The translations under genes were made by a program, and so were the position numbers. A DNA stretch of 64,000 nucleotides from Patescibacteria group bacterium (GTDB lineage: Bacteria > Patescibacteriota > Patescibacteriia > Patescibacteriales > UBA12465): assembly GCA_041651095.1 (NCBI GenBank), contig JBAZJV010000003.1, positions 80,293-144,292 of the forward strand. Reading direction: 5' to 3'. The notes beneath the pieces are model-generated. The model ran no database searches and had not been told where the DNA came from. It saw only the letters and a program-made list of their open reading frames with translations. Shown one piece after another: positions 17,327 to 26,917 of the stretch; positions within the stretch are counted from its first letter, which is position 1; the number at the start of each line of letters is the position of its first letter.

Positions 17327-17364
17327 TTGAGGTTATACCCTATCTTCGGTTTCTAAACATCTCT

Positions 17365-19929
17365 ATGTCACTGACCATAGTTAAGATAGACGGCAAAAAA
17401 GAACCGTTCGACGCCGACAAGATCAATCAGGCCATTGCGGTCGCTTCGGCTGGATTGCCGGATCAAGAGGCTAAGATTACTCAAATCGCCACGGAAACCA
17501 GCCTAACCCTGTATGACGGCATCACGACCACGGAACTGGATAACGCGGTCATCAACGCCACGGTCCAGAATATCAAAGATGACCCGGATTTCGACATTAT
17601 TGCCGCTCGGTTGCTCTTAAAAATCATTTATAAGGAAGTTTTGGGCGATTTCCGGAATGACGACGACTTGCGGCAGAAGCATCGCGATGGTTTTGCCGCT
17701 TATGTGAAGCGCGGTCAGGACGAAAAGATCTTGTCTCCGGATTTACAGGTCTTTGATCTGGACCGCCTGGCCGATGCCCTGGATCTCCGCCGCGACTCTT
17801 TACTAACCTATACCGGCTTATCAACCATGCGCAGCCGCTATCTGATCAAGAACGCCGCTCAGAAGCTGCAGGAAACGCCGCAATATTTCTGGATGCGCAT
17901 CGCGATGGGTATGGCCAGCCGGGAAAAAGCAGCGACCGAAACCGCCATCCGTTTCTATAATAAGATGTCCAAGCTGGAATATGTAGCTGGCGGTTCCACC
18001 AATATCAATGCCGGCACGACTTCGCCGCGCCTGAGCAATTGTTTTTTGATGGACATGGAAGACAATATCGGCCATATCGGAAAAACCGTCGCCGACGTGA
18101 TGAAGCTGTCCAAAGCGACCGGCGGCATCGGCCTGGCTGTCACCAAGTTGCGCGCCAACGGTTCGCCGATTTCTACCAACAATACCTTTTCTTCCGGGCC
18201 GATCCCTTTTTTGCATATCATCGATTCCACCATCCGGGCGATCTCTCGCGCCGGCAAGAAGATGGGCGCGCTCTGTTTCTATATGGAAAATTGGCATATT
18301 GATTTTCAGGATTTTTTGGATTTGAAGCAGAATGCCGGCGATGATTACCGCCGGGCCCGAACCGCCAACATCGCGGCCTGGATTTCCGACGAATTCATGA
18401 AACGGGTCAAGAACAAGGACAGCTGGTATTTATTCGATCCCAATGACGTGCCGGACCTGGTTGATCTCTACGGCGAGGCTTTTTCCAAGCGTTACAATGA
18501 ATATGTGGCTATGGCGGAAGCCGGCCAGATGCGAATCTTTAAGAAAATCCCGGCGACCGAGCAGTTCAATAATATGATCGTTTCCCTGCAGGGCACTTCC
18601 CATCCCTGGCTGACCTGGAAAGACGCCGCCAACGTCCGGGCGCTTAACAATAACACCGGCACTATCCATAGTTCCAATCTCTGCACGGAAATCACCTTAC
18701 CGGCCGATAAGGACAACGTCGCGGTCTGCAATTTGATGTCGATAAATTTATCGCGCCATCTGACGCCGGAGAAAGAGGTAGACTGGGAACTGCTCAAAGA
18801 AAGCGTCCGGACCGGCGTCCGGCAACTGGATAACCTGGTCGATATCAATCAGCCGCCGATTCCGGAGGCCGGCAACTCGGACCATAATAACCGGGCGGTC
18901 GGCATGGGCGTTATGGGTCTGGCCGATATGTTTGAAAGGCTTAATATCGCTTATGACAGCCAGGCTGCTTACGACCTAAGCGACCAAATCATGGAGTTTA
19001 TCAGCTACCAGGCCATCGGCGCCAGCGCCGACCTGGCGGCGGAAAAAGGCAGCTATGCCAATTTCGCCGGTTCCGGCTGGTCCAAAGGACTGGTTCCTTA
19101 TGACACGTTGGCGATTTGGGAAAATGATCGCGGCGAGAAACTGACGGTGGACCGAACGGCCCGTTTAGATTGGGAATCGCTCCGCGCCAAGGTCAAGCGC
19201 GGCATGCGCAACGCTACCCTGCTGGCCATCGCTCCGACCGCGAATATCGGACTGATCGCCGGCACTTCGACCGGCATCGACCCGCGCTTTGCTCAGATTT
19301 TCAGCCGCAACACCCTATCCGGCAAATATCTGGAATTGAATTTCAATCTGGTTGAAAAATTAAAGAAACTGGGCATCTGGGAAAGCAAGCGCGAGGAAAT
19401 CCTGATCGCGCAAGGAGACCTGACCGATATCGACGGCATTCCGGAAGAAATCAAGAAGATATATAAGGATTCTTTCTCGGTCCAGCCGGCCGCTTTCGTG
19501 GAAGTAGCCGCGCGCGCCCAGAAATGGGTCGATCAGGCGATAAGCCGCAACATGTATCTGGCCACCCGCGATACGGAGGAAATCATGCAAATCTATCTGG
19601 GTGCCTGGGAAAAGGGCCTAAAAACTACGTATTATCTGCATATGAAACCGCGCCATACGGCCGAACAGAGCACCATTAAGGTTAATAAGTCAGTCAGCGT
19701 CGGTAAAAAAGGTTTCGGCGCCATCCTGGCTGATAAAGCCGCATCAGGGCTGGTCAATATTCCGGTGCCGGAGAAAGTGCCGGCCGCTCAACCGCTGAAC
19801 AAGGCGCCGGAAATAGCGGTCTCAACGGATATGGCGGCCGATCAATTACCTTTGAACCAGGAATTTAAAATCGGGCAGTCTTGCCCCGTGGATCCGCAGG
19901 AGCGGCTCTTATGCGACAGCTGCCAGTAA
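17365..19929 (+). CDS. nrdA: class I ribonucleoside-diphosphate reductase alpha subunit (one ATP-cone)
   Basis: ATP-cone (VKIDGKKEPFDADKI), active site SNLCTEI, radical-transfer pair TTYYLH, C-terminal redox pair CDSCQ. Confidence 0.92.
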   Translation: MSLTIVKIDGKKEPFDADKINQAIAVASAGLPDQEAKITQIATETSLTLYDGITTTELDNAVINATVQNIKDDPDFDIIAARLLLKIIYKEVLGDFRNDDDLRQKHRDGFAAYVKRGQDEKILSPDLQVFDLDRLADALDLRRDSLLTYTGLSTMRSRYLIKNAAQKLQETPQYFWMRIAMGMASREKAATETAIRFYNKMSKLEYVAGGSTNINAGTTSPRLSNCFLMDMEDNIGHIGKTVADVMKLSKATGGIGLAVTKLRANGSPISTNNTFSSGPIPFLHIIDSTIRAISRAGKKMGALCFYMENWHIDFQDFLDLKQNAGDDYRRARTANIAAWISDEFMKRVKNKDSWYLFDPNDVPDLVDLYGEAFSKRYNEYVAMAEAGQMRIFKKIPATEQFNNMIVSLQGTSHPWLTWKDAANVRALNNNTGTIHSSNLCTEITLPADKDNVAVCNLMSINLSRHLTPEKEVDWELLKESVRTGVRQLDNLVDINQPPIPEAGNSDHNNRAVGMGVMGLADMFERLNIAYDSQAAYDLSDQIMEFISYQAIGASADLAAEKGSYANFAGSGWSKGLVPYDTLAIWENDRGEKLTVDRTARLDWESLRAKVKRGMRNATLLAIAPTANIGLIAGTSTGIDPRFAQIFSRNTLSGKYLELNFNLVEKLKKLGIWESKREEILIAQGDLTDIDGIPEEIKKIYKDSFSVQPAAFVEVAARAQKWVDQAISRNMYLATRDTEEIMQIYLGAWEKGLKTTYYLHMKPRHTAEQSTIKVNKSVSVGKKGFGAILADKAASGLVNIPVPEKVPAAQPLNKAPEIAVSTDMAADQLPLNQEFKIGQSCPVDPQERLLCDSCQ

Positions 19930-19957
19930 AACCCTAAACATTAATGAATATAAACAT

Positions 19958-20956
19958 ATGATATTAGGCAAACCACTGAATGAAGACATGAATCTGCGCC
20001 CCATAAGATACCAATGGGCCTACGATTTATATAATCAGGCCGTCGCCAATACCTGGTTTCCACATGAGATAGCTTTAGGCGAAGATCTGGAAGACTGGAA
20101 AAAGATGACCGAAGACGAACGCCACGCCGTCAGCTTCCTGATGAGCTTTTTCAATCCCTCGGAGCTGATCGTCAACCGGACCCTGGCTTTAGGCGTCTAT
20201 CCTTATATCAAGGCGCCGGAAGCGCACCTTTATCTGGCTAAGCAGATGTGGGAAGAGGCCAATCACTGCGTTTCTTTCGAATATGTGCTTGAGACTTTTC
20301 CGGTCGACCGCAAGAAGATCTTCCAGCAGCATCTGGAAACCCCCTCCATCAAGGCTAAGGAAGACTTTATCACCAATTATCTGACGCGGATGACGGAAAA
20401 CAGCCTGGATGTCACGACCGAGGCCGGCAAAAAAGATTTCGTCCGCAATCTGGTCGCCTATAATATCGTCATGGAGGGCATCTGGTTCTATAGCGGCTTC
20501 ATGGTGGCGCTCAGCTTCCGGCAGCGGCGGCAATTGCGCAATTTTGGCTCGCTCATCGACTGGGTCCTGCGCGACGAAAGCCTGCACCTGAAATTCGGCA
20601 TCAATCTGATCCTGACTATCTTGGAAGAAAATCCGGAGATCGTCACGCCCGAATTCAGCGCGGAAATCCAGAAAATCATCATCGACGGGGTCAATTTGGA
20701 AAATGCCTATAATCAGGACATGTTCCCGCGCGGCATCCTGGGCTTGAACGCTAATTACGTCAATCAATACGTCCAGTATGTCGCCGACCGCCGCCTGGAA
20801 GAATTAGGCTTCGAGCCGCATTTCAAGGTAACTAATCCGGCCAAATGGATGGCGGCGGCGACGGACACCCTGGAACTGGTCAATTTCTTCGAAACCCAAA
20901 ATACCAACTACGAAGTTGACGGCCGCGCGCATAAGGAGTTAAATAAGAGTGAGTAG
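19958..20956 (+). CDS. nrdB: class I ribonucleotide reductase beta subunit, class Ic-like (Phe at the radical-Tyr position)
   Basis: Ferritin-like ligand set E69, E100-x2-H103, E173, E207-x2-H210. F107 occupies the H+4 position. C-terminal ...NTNYEVD tail. Confidence 0.88.
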   Translation: MILGKPLNEDMNLRPIRYQWAYDLYNQAVANTWFPHEIALGEDLEDWKKMTEDERHAVSFLMSFFNPSELIVNRTLALGVYPYIKAPEAHLYLAKQMWEEANHCVSFEYVLETFPVDRKKIFQQHLETPSIKAKEDFITNYLTRMTENSLDVTTEAGKKDFVRNLVAYNIVMEGIWFYSGFMVALSFRQRRQLRNFGSLIDWVLRDESLHLKFGINLILTILEENPEIVTPEFSAEIQKIIIDGVNLENAYNQDMFPRGILGLNANYVNQYVQYVADRRLEELGFEPHFKVTNPAKWMAAATDTLELVNFFETQNTNYEVDGRAHKELNKSE

Positions 20957-20975
20957 TGAAACTAATAAATAAATT

Positions 20976-21890
20976 ATGTACGACACTATCGTCATCGGCG
21001 GCGGCATGGCCGGCCTGGCCGCGGCTTTGTATGCCAAAAGGCGGGAAATGAAAACCTTGCTCTTGAGCCGGGATATCGGCGGGCAGATCGGTTTGGCCGG
21101 CGACATTGAGAATTATTTGGGCTTTGATCTGATTACCGGCCTGGAATTGAATGAGCGCCTGGAAAAACAAGCGAAATATACCGGTTATGACATAAATTTG
21201 GAAACAGTCACCAAGATCGCGCACGACGGCCAAAATTTCAGCGTGACTACGGATAAAGCCGGTTATGAATCCAAGACCGTCATCTTCGCGCTGGGCCTGG
21301 TTCCTCGCTATCTGGGCGTGCCGGGCGAAAAGGAATTCGCCGGCAAAGGGGTCTCTTACTGCGCCAACTGCGACGGCCAATTCTTCAAAGGACAGCGCCT
21401 GATCGTCGTCGGCGGCGGCAATTCGGCTCTGGATGCCGCCGAAGTCCTGTCCAAGATCGGCTCGGAAGTGCATCTGGTCCACCGGAGCGCTACCTTCAAA
21501 GCCTTTGAAAGCCTGGTCAGTGAGGTTAAGCAGCGATCGAACATCAAGATCCATCTGGATTCGGAGGTAATCAAGATAAACGGCGACACCAAGGTAAAAA
21601 GCGCCACTCTCCGGCATAATCCGGACGGGGCGACCGAAGAATTGCCGATAGACGGCATTTTCGTGGAAATCGGACACAAGGCGCAAAGCGATCTGGTCGC
21701 CGGCCTGGTCAAATTAGACGCGGCTAATCAGATAATCGTCAACGAGCATTGCGAAACCAGCCAGCCGGGCTTGTTCGCGGCTGGCGATATCACGCAGGTG
21801 GAGCATAAGCAGCTCACGGTCGCGGCTGGTCAAGGCACGATTGCCGCTTTAAACGCTTATAAATACGTCCGCCAATTAGCGGGCAAATAG
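20976..21890 (+). CDS. trxB: thioredoxin-disulfide reductase
   Basis: GGGMAGLAAALYA FAD motif, redox CANC in YCANCDG, second dinucleotide motif VVGGGNSA. Confidence 0.9.
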   Translation: MYDTIVIGGGMAGLAAALYAKRREMKTLLLSRDIGGQIGLAGDIENYLGFDLITGLELNERLEKQAKYTGYDINLETVTKIAHDGQNFSVTTDKAGYESKTVIFALGLVPRYLGVPGEKEFAGKGVSYCANCDGQFFKGQRLIVVGGGNSALDAAEVLSKIGSEVHLVHRSATFKAFESLVSEVKQRSNIKIHLDSEVIKINGDTKVKSATLRHNPDGATEELPIDGIFVEIGHKAQSDLVAGLVKLDAANQIIVNEHCETSQPGLFAAGDITQVEHKQLTVAAGQGTIAALNAYKYVRQLAGK

Positions 21891-22259
21891 TTAAGCTTTA
21901 GCTTTTTTAATCGCTTTTTGGATAGTGGAGAGACCGAGCATGGCGCATTTATAGCGTCGCTCGCTGATTGGAACGCCGAGGAGGCTCTGGATAGTCTTAA
22001 AATCCATAGCCAAGACGGCGTTTTTGGTTTTGCCGACCAATGCTTCGGTCAGAATAGATATGGCGGCTTGGGAAATAGCGCAGCCATGGCCCTGGAAACT
22101 CAAGGCTTTTATTTTTTGGCCGCTGAATTGCAAGGCCACCATCAAATCATCGCCGCAGCTGGCGTTGCTGCCCCGTTCGGTAGCATCGGCCGCCGGCAAC
22201 GGCTCTTTATGCCGCGGGTGCTTATAGTGATCCAGGATGTTTTGCGCGTAGATATCCAT
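21891..22259 (-). CDS. sufU: SUF-system Fe-S scaffold/sulfur acceptor SufU (NifU/IscU-like)
   Basis: NASCGDD, GHGCAIS, YKCAML conserved Cys motifs. Confidence 0.85.
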   Translation of the reverse strand: MDIYAQNILDHYKHPRHKEPLPAADATERGSNASCGDDLMVALQFSGQKIKALSFQGHGCAISQAAISILTEALVGKTKNAVLAMDFKTIQSLLGVPISERRYKCAMLGLSTIQKAIKKAKA

Positions 22260-22264
22260 AACGC

Positions 22265-23470
22265 TTATTTGAATGCCTGATGCAGCTCTTTTAGCTTTTT
22301 AATAAAATAATCGATTTCCGTCCGAGTATTATAGAAGCTGAGGCTGGCGCGCAGCGTAGCCGGGACGCCGTAATGGTCATGTATCGGCTGGGCGCAATGC
22401 CGGCCGGGACGCAGAATAATGCCTTCGCTGCCCAGGAGATCGGCCGCATCATGCGGATGGATTCCATCTATGACCATGGCAAAGACCGGCAATTTAGGCT
22501 TTGCCGTTCCCAAGATTCGGACGAACGGCAAAACTTTTATCCGGCGCAAAAAATAATTCGTCAATTCCCGTTCCGTTTTGATAATGGTGGGCCAGCCTAT
22601 TTTATTGACATAACGCACCGCTTCGCCCAGGCCGATGGCGGCGGCAATGTCCGGAGTACCAGCTTCAAATTTATAAGGCAATTCATTAGTAGTGAAATGG
22701 TCAATATAGACAGTATCGATCATATCGCCGCCGCCCATGAAAGGCGGCATCTTGGCCAGAATTTCCCGGCGGCCATAAAGTACGCCGCTGCCGGTCGGTC
22801 CCCAGAGCTTATGCCCGGAAAAGACCAAGAAGTCGCAATCCAGGCGGCGGACATCTATAGGTCGATGCGTAGCGCTCTGAGCGGCATCGACGAGCGTCAT
22901 AATGCCTTTAGATTTAGCTAGGCGGATGAGCTTTGACAAATCATAAAATATGCCCAAGACATTAGAAGCCTGGGTGATAGACAATAATTTTACCCGGGGA
23001 CGACGAAGCAACTCTTGAGCGGCAGCTAAATCCAGCGAGCCGTCGATCTTTACTGGTATGTAGGCTAATTTGAAACCGATCTTATCCTCTAATTGCAGCC
23101 AGGGGACCAGATTGGCGTGGTGTTCGGCTAGACTTAAGACGACCGTATCGCCTTTCTTTAGATTAGTCTCCCCCCAGGTCCGGGCGACTAAATTTACCCC
23201 CTCGGTCGCTCCTCTGGTAAAGATGATCTCTTCCCGGCGGGCGCCGATGAATCTGGCAACCGCTTCCCTGGCCGCTTCATAGCGACCGGTCGCTTCTTCC
23301 GCCAGCGGGTTGAAGCCGCGATGGACGTTGGTATTGTATTTTCTGTAAAAGTCGCTGACCGCCCGGATAACGCTCATCGGTTTCTGGGCGCTCGAGGCGT
23401 TATCAAAATAGACCAGCGGGCGGCCGGCGATTTTCTTTTTTAGTATTGGGAAATCACTGCGACGGATCAT
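22265..23470 (-). CDS. sufS: cysteine desulfurase SufS
   Basis: HHANLVPW, PLP lysine in SGHKLWGPTG, active-site RPGRHCAQP. Confidence 0.92.
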   Translation of the reverse strand: MIRRSDFPILKKKIAGRPLVYFDNASSAQKPMSVIRAVSDFYRKYNTNVHRGFNPLAEEATGRYEAAREAVARFIGARREEIIFTRGATEGVNLVARTWGETNLKKGDTVVLSLAEHHANLVPWLQLEDKIGFKLAYIPVKIDGSLDLAAAQELLRRPRVKLLSITQASNVLGIFYDLSKLIRLAKSKGIMTLVDAAQSATHRPIDVRRLDCDFLVFSGHKLWGPTGSGVLYGRREILAKMPPFMGGGDMIDTVYIDHFTTNELPYKFEAGTPDIAAAIGLGEAVRYVNKIGWPTIIKTERELTNYFLRRIKVLPFVRILGTAKPKLPVFAMVIDGIHPHDAADLLGSEGIILRPGRHCAQPIHDHYGVPATLRASLSFYNTRTEIDYFIKKLKELHQAFK

Positions 23471-23475
23471 AAAGT

Positions 23476-24231
23476 TTATTTTTTTGCAGCCGCCCGTTCT
23501 TCGACTAGCTGGCTGATGCGCTCTCTGGCTGAAACATCCTTAATCCCCGCGGTAAAGCGTTGGGCCAAAGAACTGATGACCAGCCGTCTAATTTGTTTCT
23601 CGGTCAGGCCGCGGCTTTGCAGATAGAATAAGTCATCCGGCGCTAACTGGAAAGTGCTGGCGCCATGTCTGGCCTTGACTTCGTTGGCGTCTATCTTCAG
23701 GCTGGGCAAAAGATTGCCCTTAGCCTCCCGGCTCAGCAGGTATAAACGCATGTCGATACGTGAATCTGTCAGCTGGGCCTCTGGTTTAATGACCAGTTCA
23801 GAATAATACTGAGGAGCGGCTTGGTTTTCCGCCAGGCCGGTAACCAGAAAATGACCGTTAGTGCCGCGATCGGAGAATATATAGTCATCCTGGACCCGCA
23901 GTTCCTGCCGGCCGGTTTGGTAGAACAGGACGTGATTATTAAAGACGGCCCGGGCGGCCATAATTTGCTTGATTTGAATATCCAAATTACCGGTCCCGAA
24001 ATAAGCCTGATAGGCGCTGACTTGAGCGTCTTCACCGATATTTATGATTCGGGATTGTCGGAAATCGCCGGCGGGATCGCAGATGCTCACATATTGGACG
24101 CGCGCCTTTTTGGCGATGTTTATTTCTATGGCCGGTGAAGCGGTTTCGCCGATATGATCGAATAAAAAAATTTCCGAACGGGCGGGTATATTGATGATCT
24201 GATCAGTGCTGTTGACGGTTATGATTTTCAT
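23476..24231 (-). CDS. sufD: SufD-like Fe-S assembly protein, short form (251 aa)
   Basis: C-terminal SufB/D motif ANEVKARHGASTFQLAPDDLFYLQSRGL. Position between sufB and sufS. Confidence 0.7.
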   Translation of the reverse strand: MKIITVNSTDQIINIPARSEIFLFDHIGETASPAIEINIAKKARVQYVSICDPAGDFRQSRIINIGEDAQVSAYQAYFGTGNLDIQIKQIMAARAVFNNHVLFYQTGRQELRVQDDYIFSDRGTNGHFLVTGLAENQAAPQYYSELVIKPEAQLTDSRIDMRLYLLSREAKGNLLPSLKIDANEVKARHGASTFQLAPDDLFYLQSRGLTEKQIRRLVISSLAQRFTAGIKDVSARERISQLVEERAAAKK

Positions 24232-24239
24232 AGGTTTAC

Positions 24240-25658
24240 TTAGCCGACGCTGCCTTCCATTTCCAATTCCACCATCCGATTCATTTCGACGGCATATTCC
24301 AAAGGCAATTCTTTGACGATCGGTTCGATGAAGCCGTTGACGATCATAGCCCCGGCCTGGGCTTCGCTCAAGCCGCGGCTGCGGAGGTAGAAAATATCTT
24401 CATCATTGAGCTTGCCGGCCGTCGCTTCATGGGCCAGGACGGCCGTGGCATTCTTGATTTTGATCATCGGGATAGTGTCGGAGGCGGAATGTTCGTCCAA
24501 AATCAGGGCGTCGCATTTGATGTTTGACGTCGCCCCTTCGGCTTTGGGACCGATATCGACCAGGCCGCGGTAAACGGCCCGGCCGCCTGATTTGCTGATG
24601 CTTTTCATGACGATATTGGAACTGGTCTGAGGTGCGACGTGGATGACTTTGGCGCCGGTATCCTGGATCTGGCCTTCGTTAGCGAACGCGACCCCCAGAT
24701 GATCGGCAGTGGCGCCTTCGCCCATCAGGACTGAGCAAGGATAAAGCATGGTCACGTTGCTGCCAAAGTTGCCGCCGACCCATTCCATATGGGCGCCGGC
24801 CTGGACCATGGCCCGCTTGGTATTGAGATTATAGGCGTCCTTGCTCCAGCTCTCCACGCTGCTGTAGCGGAACCGGGCGCCTTTAGCCACAAATATCTCC
24901 ACGCCGCCGGCATGCAGAGAATCGATGCCGTAACGCGGCGCGCTGCAGCCTTCGATATAATGAGCCTGGGCGTCTTCTTCAACGATGATGAGGGTATGCT
25001 CAAACTGCCCCATCCCTTTAGCGTTCATGCGGAAATACGCCTGGAGCGGCAACTCGATCTTGACGCCCTTGGGAATATACAGGAAGGTGCCGCCGCTCCA
25101 GACCGCGCCGTGCAGCGCGGCGAATTTATGGAGCGTCGGCGGAATGCACTGTTGCATGAAATATGGTTTGACCAAATCGCCGTGTTCGCGCACGGCGACG
25201 TCCATATCCTCGAAAATGACGCCTTGGCGCCGGAATTTCTCTTTCAGGCTATGATAAATGACGGTAGACTCATATTGCGCTCCGACCCCGGCTAAGACTT
25301 CCTGCTCAGCCTGCGGAATACCCAGGCGATCAAAAGTCTTCTTGATATCGGCCGGGACGTCATCCCAGGTCTGGCTCTGCTTATCGGTCGCTTTGGCATA
25401 ATAAGTTATCCGCTCCAAATCCAACTTGGTCAAATCCGGCCCCCAGGCCGGCAAAGACATTTGCTGGTAGATCTTCAGGGCGGCCAGCCGGCGTTCCAGC
25501 ATCCAGGCCGGTTCCTGTTTCTCGCGTGAAATCAGGCGGACCAGATCTTCATCAAGACCGACCCGGGTGCGCGACATATACGACGCTTCGTTATAAGCAT
25601 CCCACATCGAACTGTGGGCCGTAATTTTTTTCGATTTTTTCCCTTTTAGATTGCCCAT
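24240..25658 (-). CDS. sufB: Fe-S cluster assembly protein SufB
   Basis: Typical SufB sequence throughout (...AHEATAGKLNDEDIFYLRSRGL...). Confidence 0.92.
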   Translation of the reverse strand: MGNLKGKKSKKITAHSSMWDAYNEASYMSRTRVGLDEDLVRLISREKQEPAWMLERRLAALKIYQQMSLPAWGPDLTKLDLERITYYAKATDKQSQTWDDVPADIKKTFDRLGIPQAEQEVLAGVGAQYESTVIYHSLKEKFRRQGVIFEDMDVAVREHGDLVKPYFMQQCIPPTLHKFAALHGAVWSGGTFLYIPKGVKIELPLQAYFRMNAKGMGQFEHTLIIVEEDAQAHYIEGCSAPRYGIDSLHAGGVEIFVAKGARFRYSSVESWSKDAYNLNTKRAMVQAGAHMEWVGGNFGSNVTMLYPCSVLMGEGATADHLGVAFANEGQIQDTGAKVIHVAPQTSSNIVMKSISKSGGRAVYRGLVDIGPKAEGATSNIKCDALILDEHSASDTIPMIKIKNATAVLAHEATAGKLNDEDIFYLRSRGLSEAQAGAMIVNGFIEPIVKELPLEYAVEMNRMVELEMEGSVG

Positions 25659-25660
25659 AT

Positions 25661-26422
25661 TCAGCCGGCTGCCTGGCGGCGGATTAATTTTTCAAAGCCT
25701 TCTTTTTCCAGGCGCTGAGCCAAGCTGTGGCTGCCGGTTTTGACGATTCGGCCTTGCGACATGACTACGACCTTATCCGGCTGTATCTGCTCTAAGATCC
25801 TTAGGTAGTGAGTGACGATGAGGGCGCTGGTTTTGGTTTTCTTGAATCGTTTCATGGCCCGGCCGACTACTTTCAGGGCGTCGACATCCAGGCCGGAATC
25901 GATCTCGTCGAAGATGGCGAACGACGGCTTAAACAAAGCAAGCTGCAGCATTTCCGCTTTTTTCTTCTCGCCGCCGGAAAATCCCTTGTTCAAATACCGC
26001 CGGCTCCAGTCATCTTGTATTTTTAAGGCCGCCGCTTCCTGATCCAGCATTTTTTTAAAATCAAAGACTGTCGCCGCCGGGCTTTGGCGCGCCGCCTGGA
26101 TGGATTTGTAAGCATCGAACAGATAAGGGTAAAAATCAATACCTTCGATTTCCCGCGGTTGCTGGAAGGTCATGAATAAACCCAGGGCCGCCCGTTCCTC
26201 CGGCTTCTTGTCGGTGATTTCCTGGCCGCGAAAAAAAATCCGGCCCCCGGTGACTTGATAGGCGGGGTGCCCCATGAGGACGCTCGAGAGCGTGGACTTG
26301 CCGGAACCGTTCGGTCCCATGACCACGCAGACTTCCCCTTCTTTGATGGTCAGGTTGATCTCTTTCAAGATCGGCTGGTCTCCGATACTGACCTGCAAGT
26401 CTTTGATTTCCAAGACATTCAT
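25661..26422 (-). CDS. sufC: Fe-S cluster assembly ATPase SufC
   Basis: GPNGSGKSTL, FSGGEKKKAEMLQL, FAIFDEIDSGLD. Confidence 0.92.
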   Translation of the reverse strand: MNVLEIKDLQVSIGDQPILKEINLTIKEGEVCVVMGPNGSGKSTLSSVLMGHPAYQVTGGRIFFRGQEITDKKPEERAALGLFMTFQQPREIEGIDFYPYLFDAYKSIQAARQSPAATVFDFKKMLDQEAAALKIQDDWSRRYLNKGFSGGEKKKAEMLQLALFKPSFAIFDEIDSGLDVDALKVVGRAMKRFKKTKTSALIVTHYLRILEQIQPDKVVVMSQGRIVKTGSHSLAQRLEKEGFEKLIRRQAAG

Positions 26423-26429
26423 AAAATTA

Positions 26430-26819
26430 TTATCTATTTAATCTGATTAACGAAGCGAGGTTTTCTTCCGCCAGCTTCTGTTTGACCGTCGCGGCGATCA
26501 GGTTCCAGGCACCATGGTGATGACAAGAGAATTTCTGGCCATCGCCGCCCGCTTGGCCCAGACTGTTATCCAGAGCCTCGATAATCGACAATAAAGAAAT
26601 CTGATCAGCCGGCCGGGTCAACATATAGCCGCCGTGCGCGCCTTCTTTACTATTTAGCAGACCGGCTCGCCTTAACGATTTAGCTATTTGAATCAGATAA
26701 ATAGAAGAAATTTGTGATTTCTTGGCTAAATTAGACACGGAGACATATTCCCCCGGCTGCGCCGCCAACTCCGTCATGATCATCAGGCCGTATTCGATTT
26801 TAGCTTTCCCCTGAAACAT
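26430..26819 (-). CDS. Rrf2-family transcriptional regulator heading the suf operon
   Basis: Winged-HTH region SVSNLAKKSQISSIYLIQIAKSLRRAGLLNSKEGAHGGYML. Only one Cys (in the SCHHHG context). Confidence 0.8.
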   Translation of the reverse strand: MFQGKAKIEYGLMIMTELAAQPGEYVSVSNLAKKSQISSIYLIQIAKSLRRAGLLNSKEGAHGGYMLTRPADQISLLSIIEALDNSLGQAGGDGQKFSCHHHGAWNLIAATVKQKLAEENLASLIRLNR

Positions 26820-26864
26820 TAATTGATATTAACTATAAGTAAAACAATTATAGTTAAAGCCAAT

Positions 26865-26906
26865 AAAAAAGTCAATCCCGTTGCTGATTCAGGATCGACT
26901 TTTTTA
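26865..26906. terminator. intrinsic terminator after the YceI-like gene
   Basis: GTCAATCC / GGATCGAC stem (one mismatch) flanked by an A-run and a T-run. Confidence 0.55.
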
Positions 26907-26917
26907 TGGCTCAGGCC

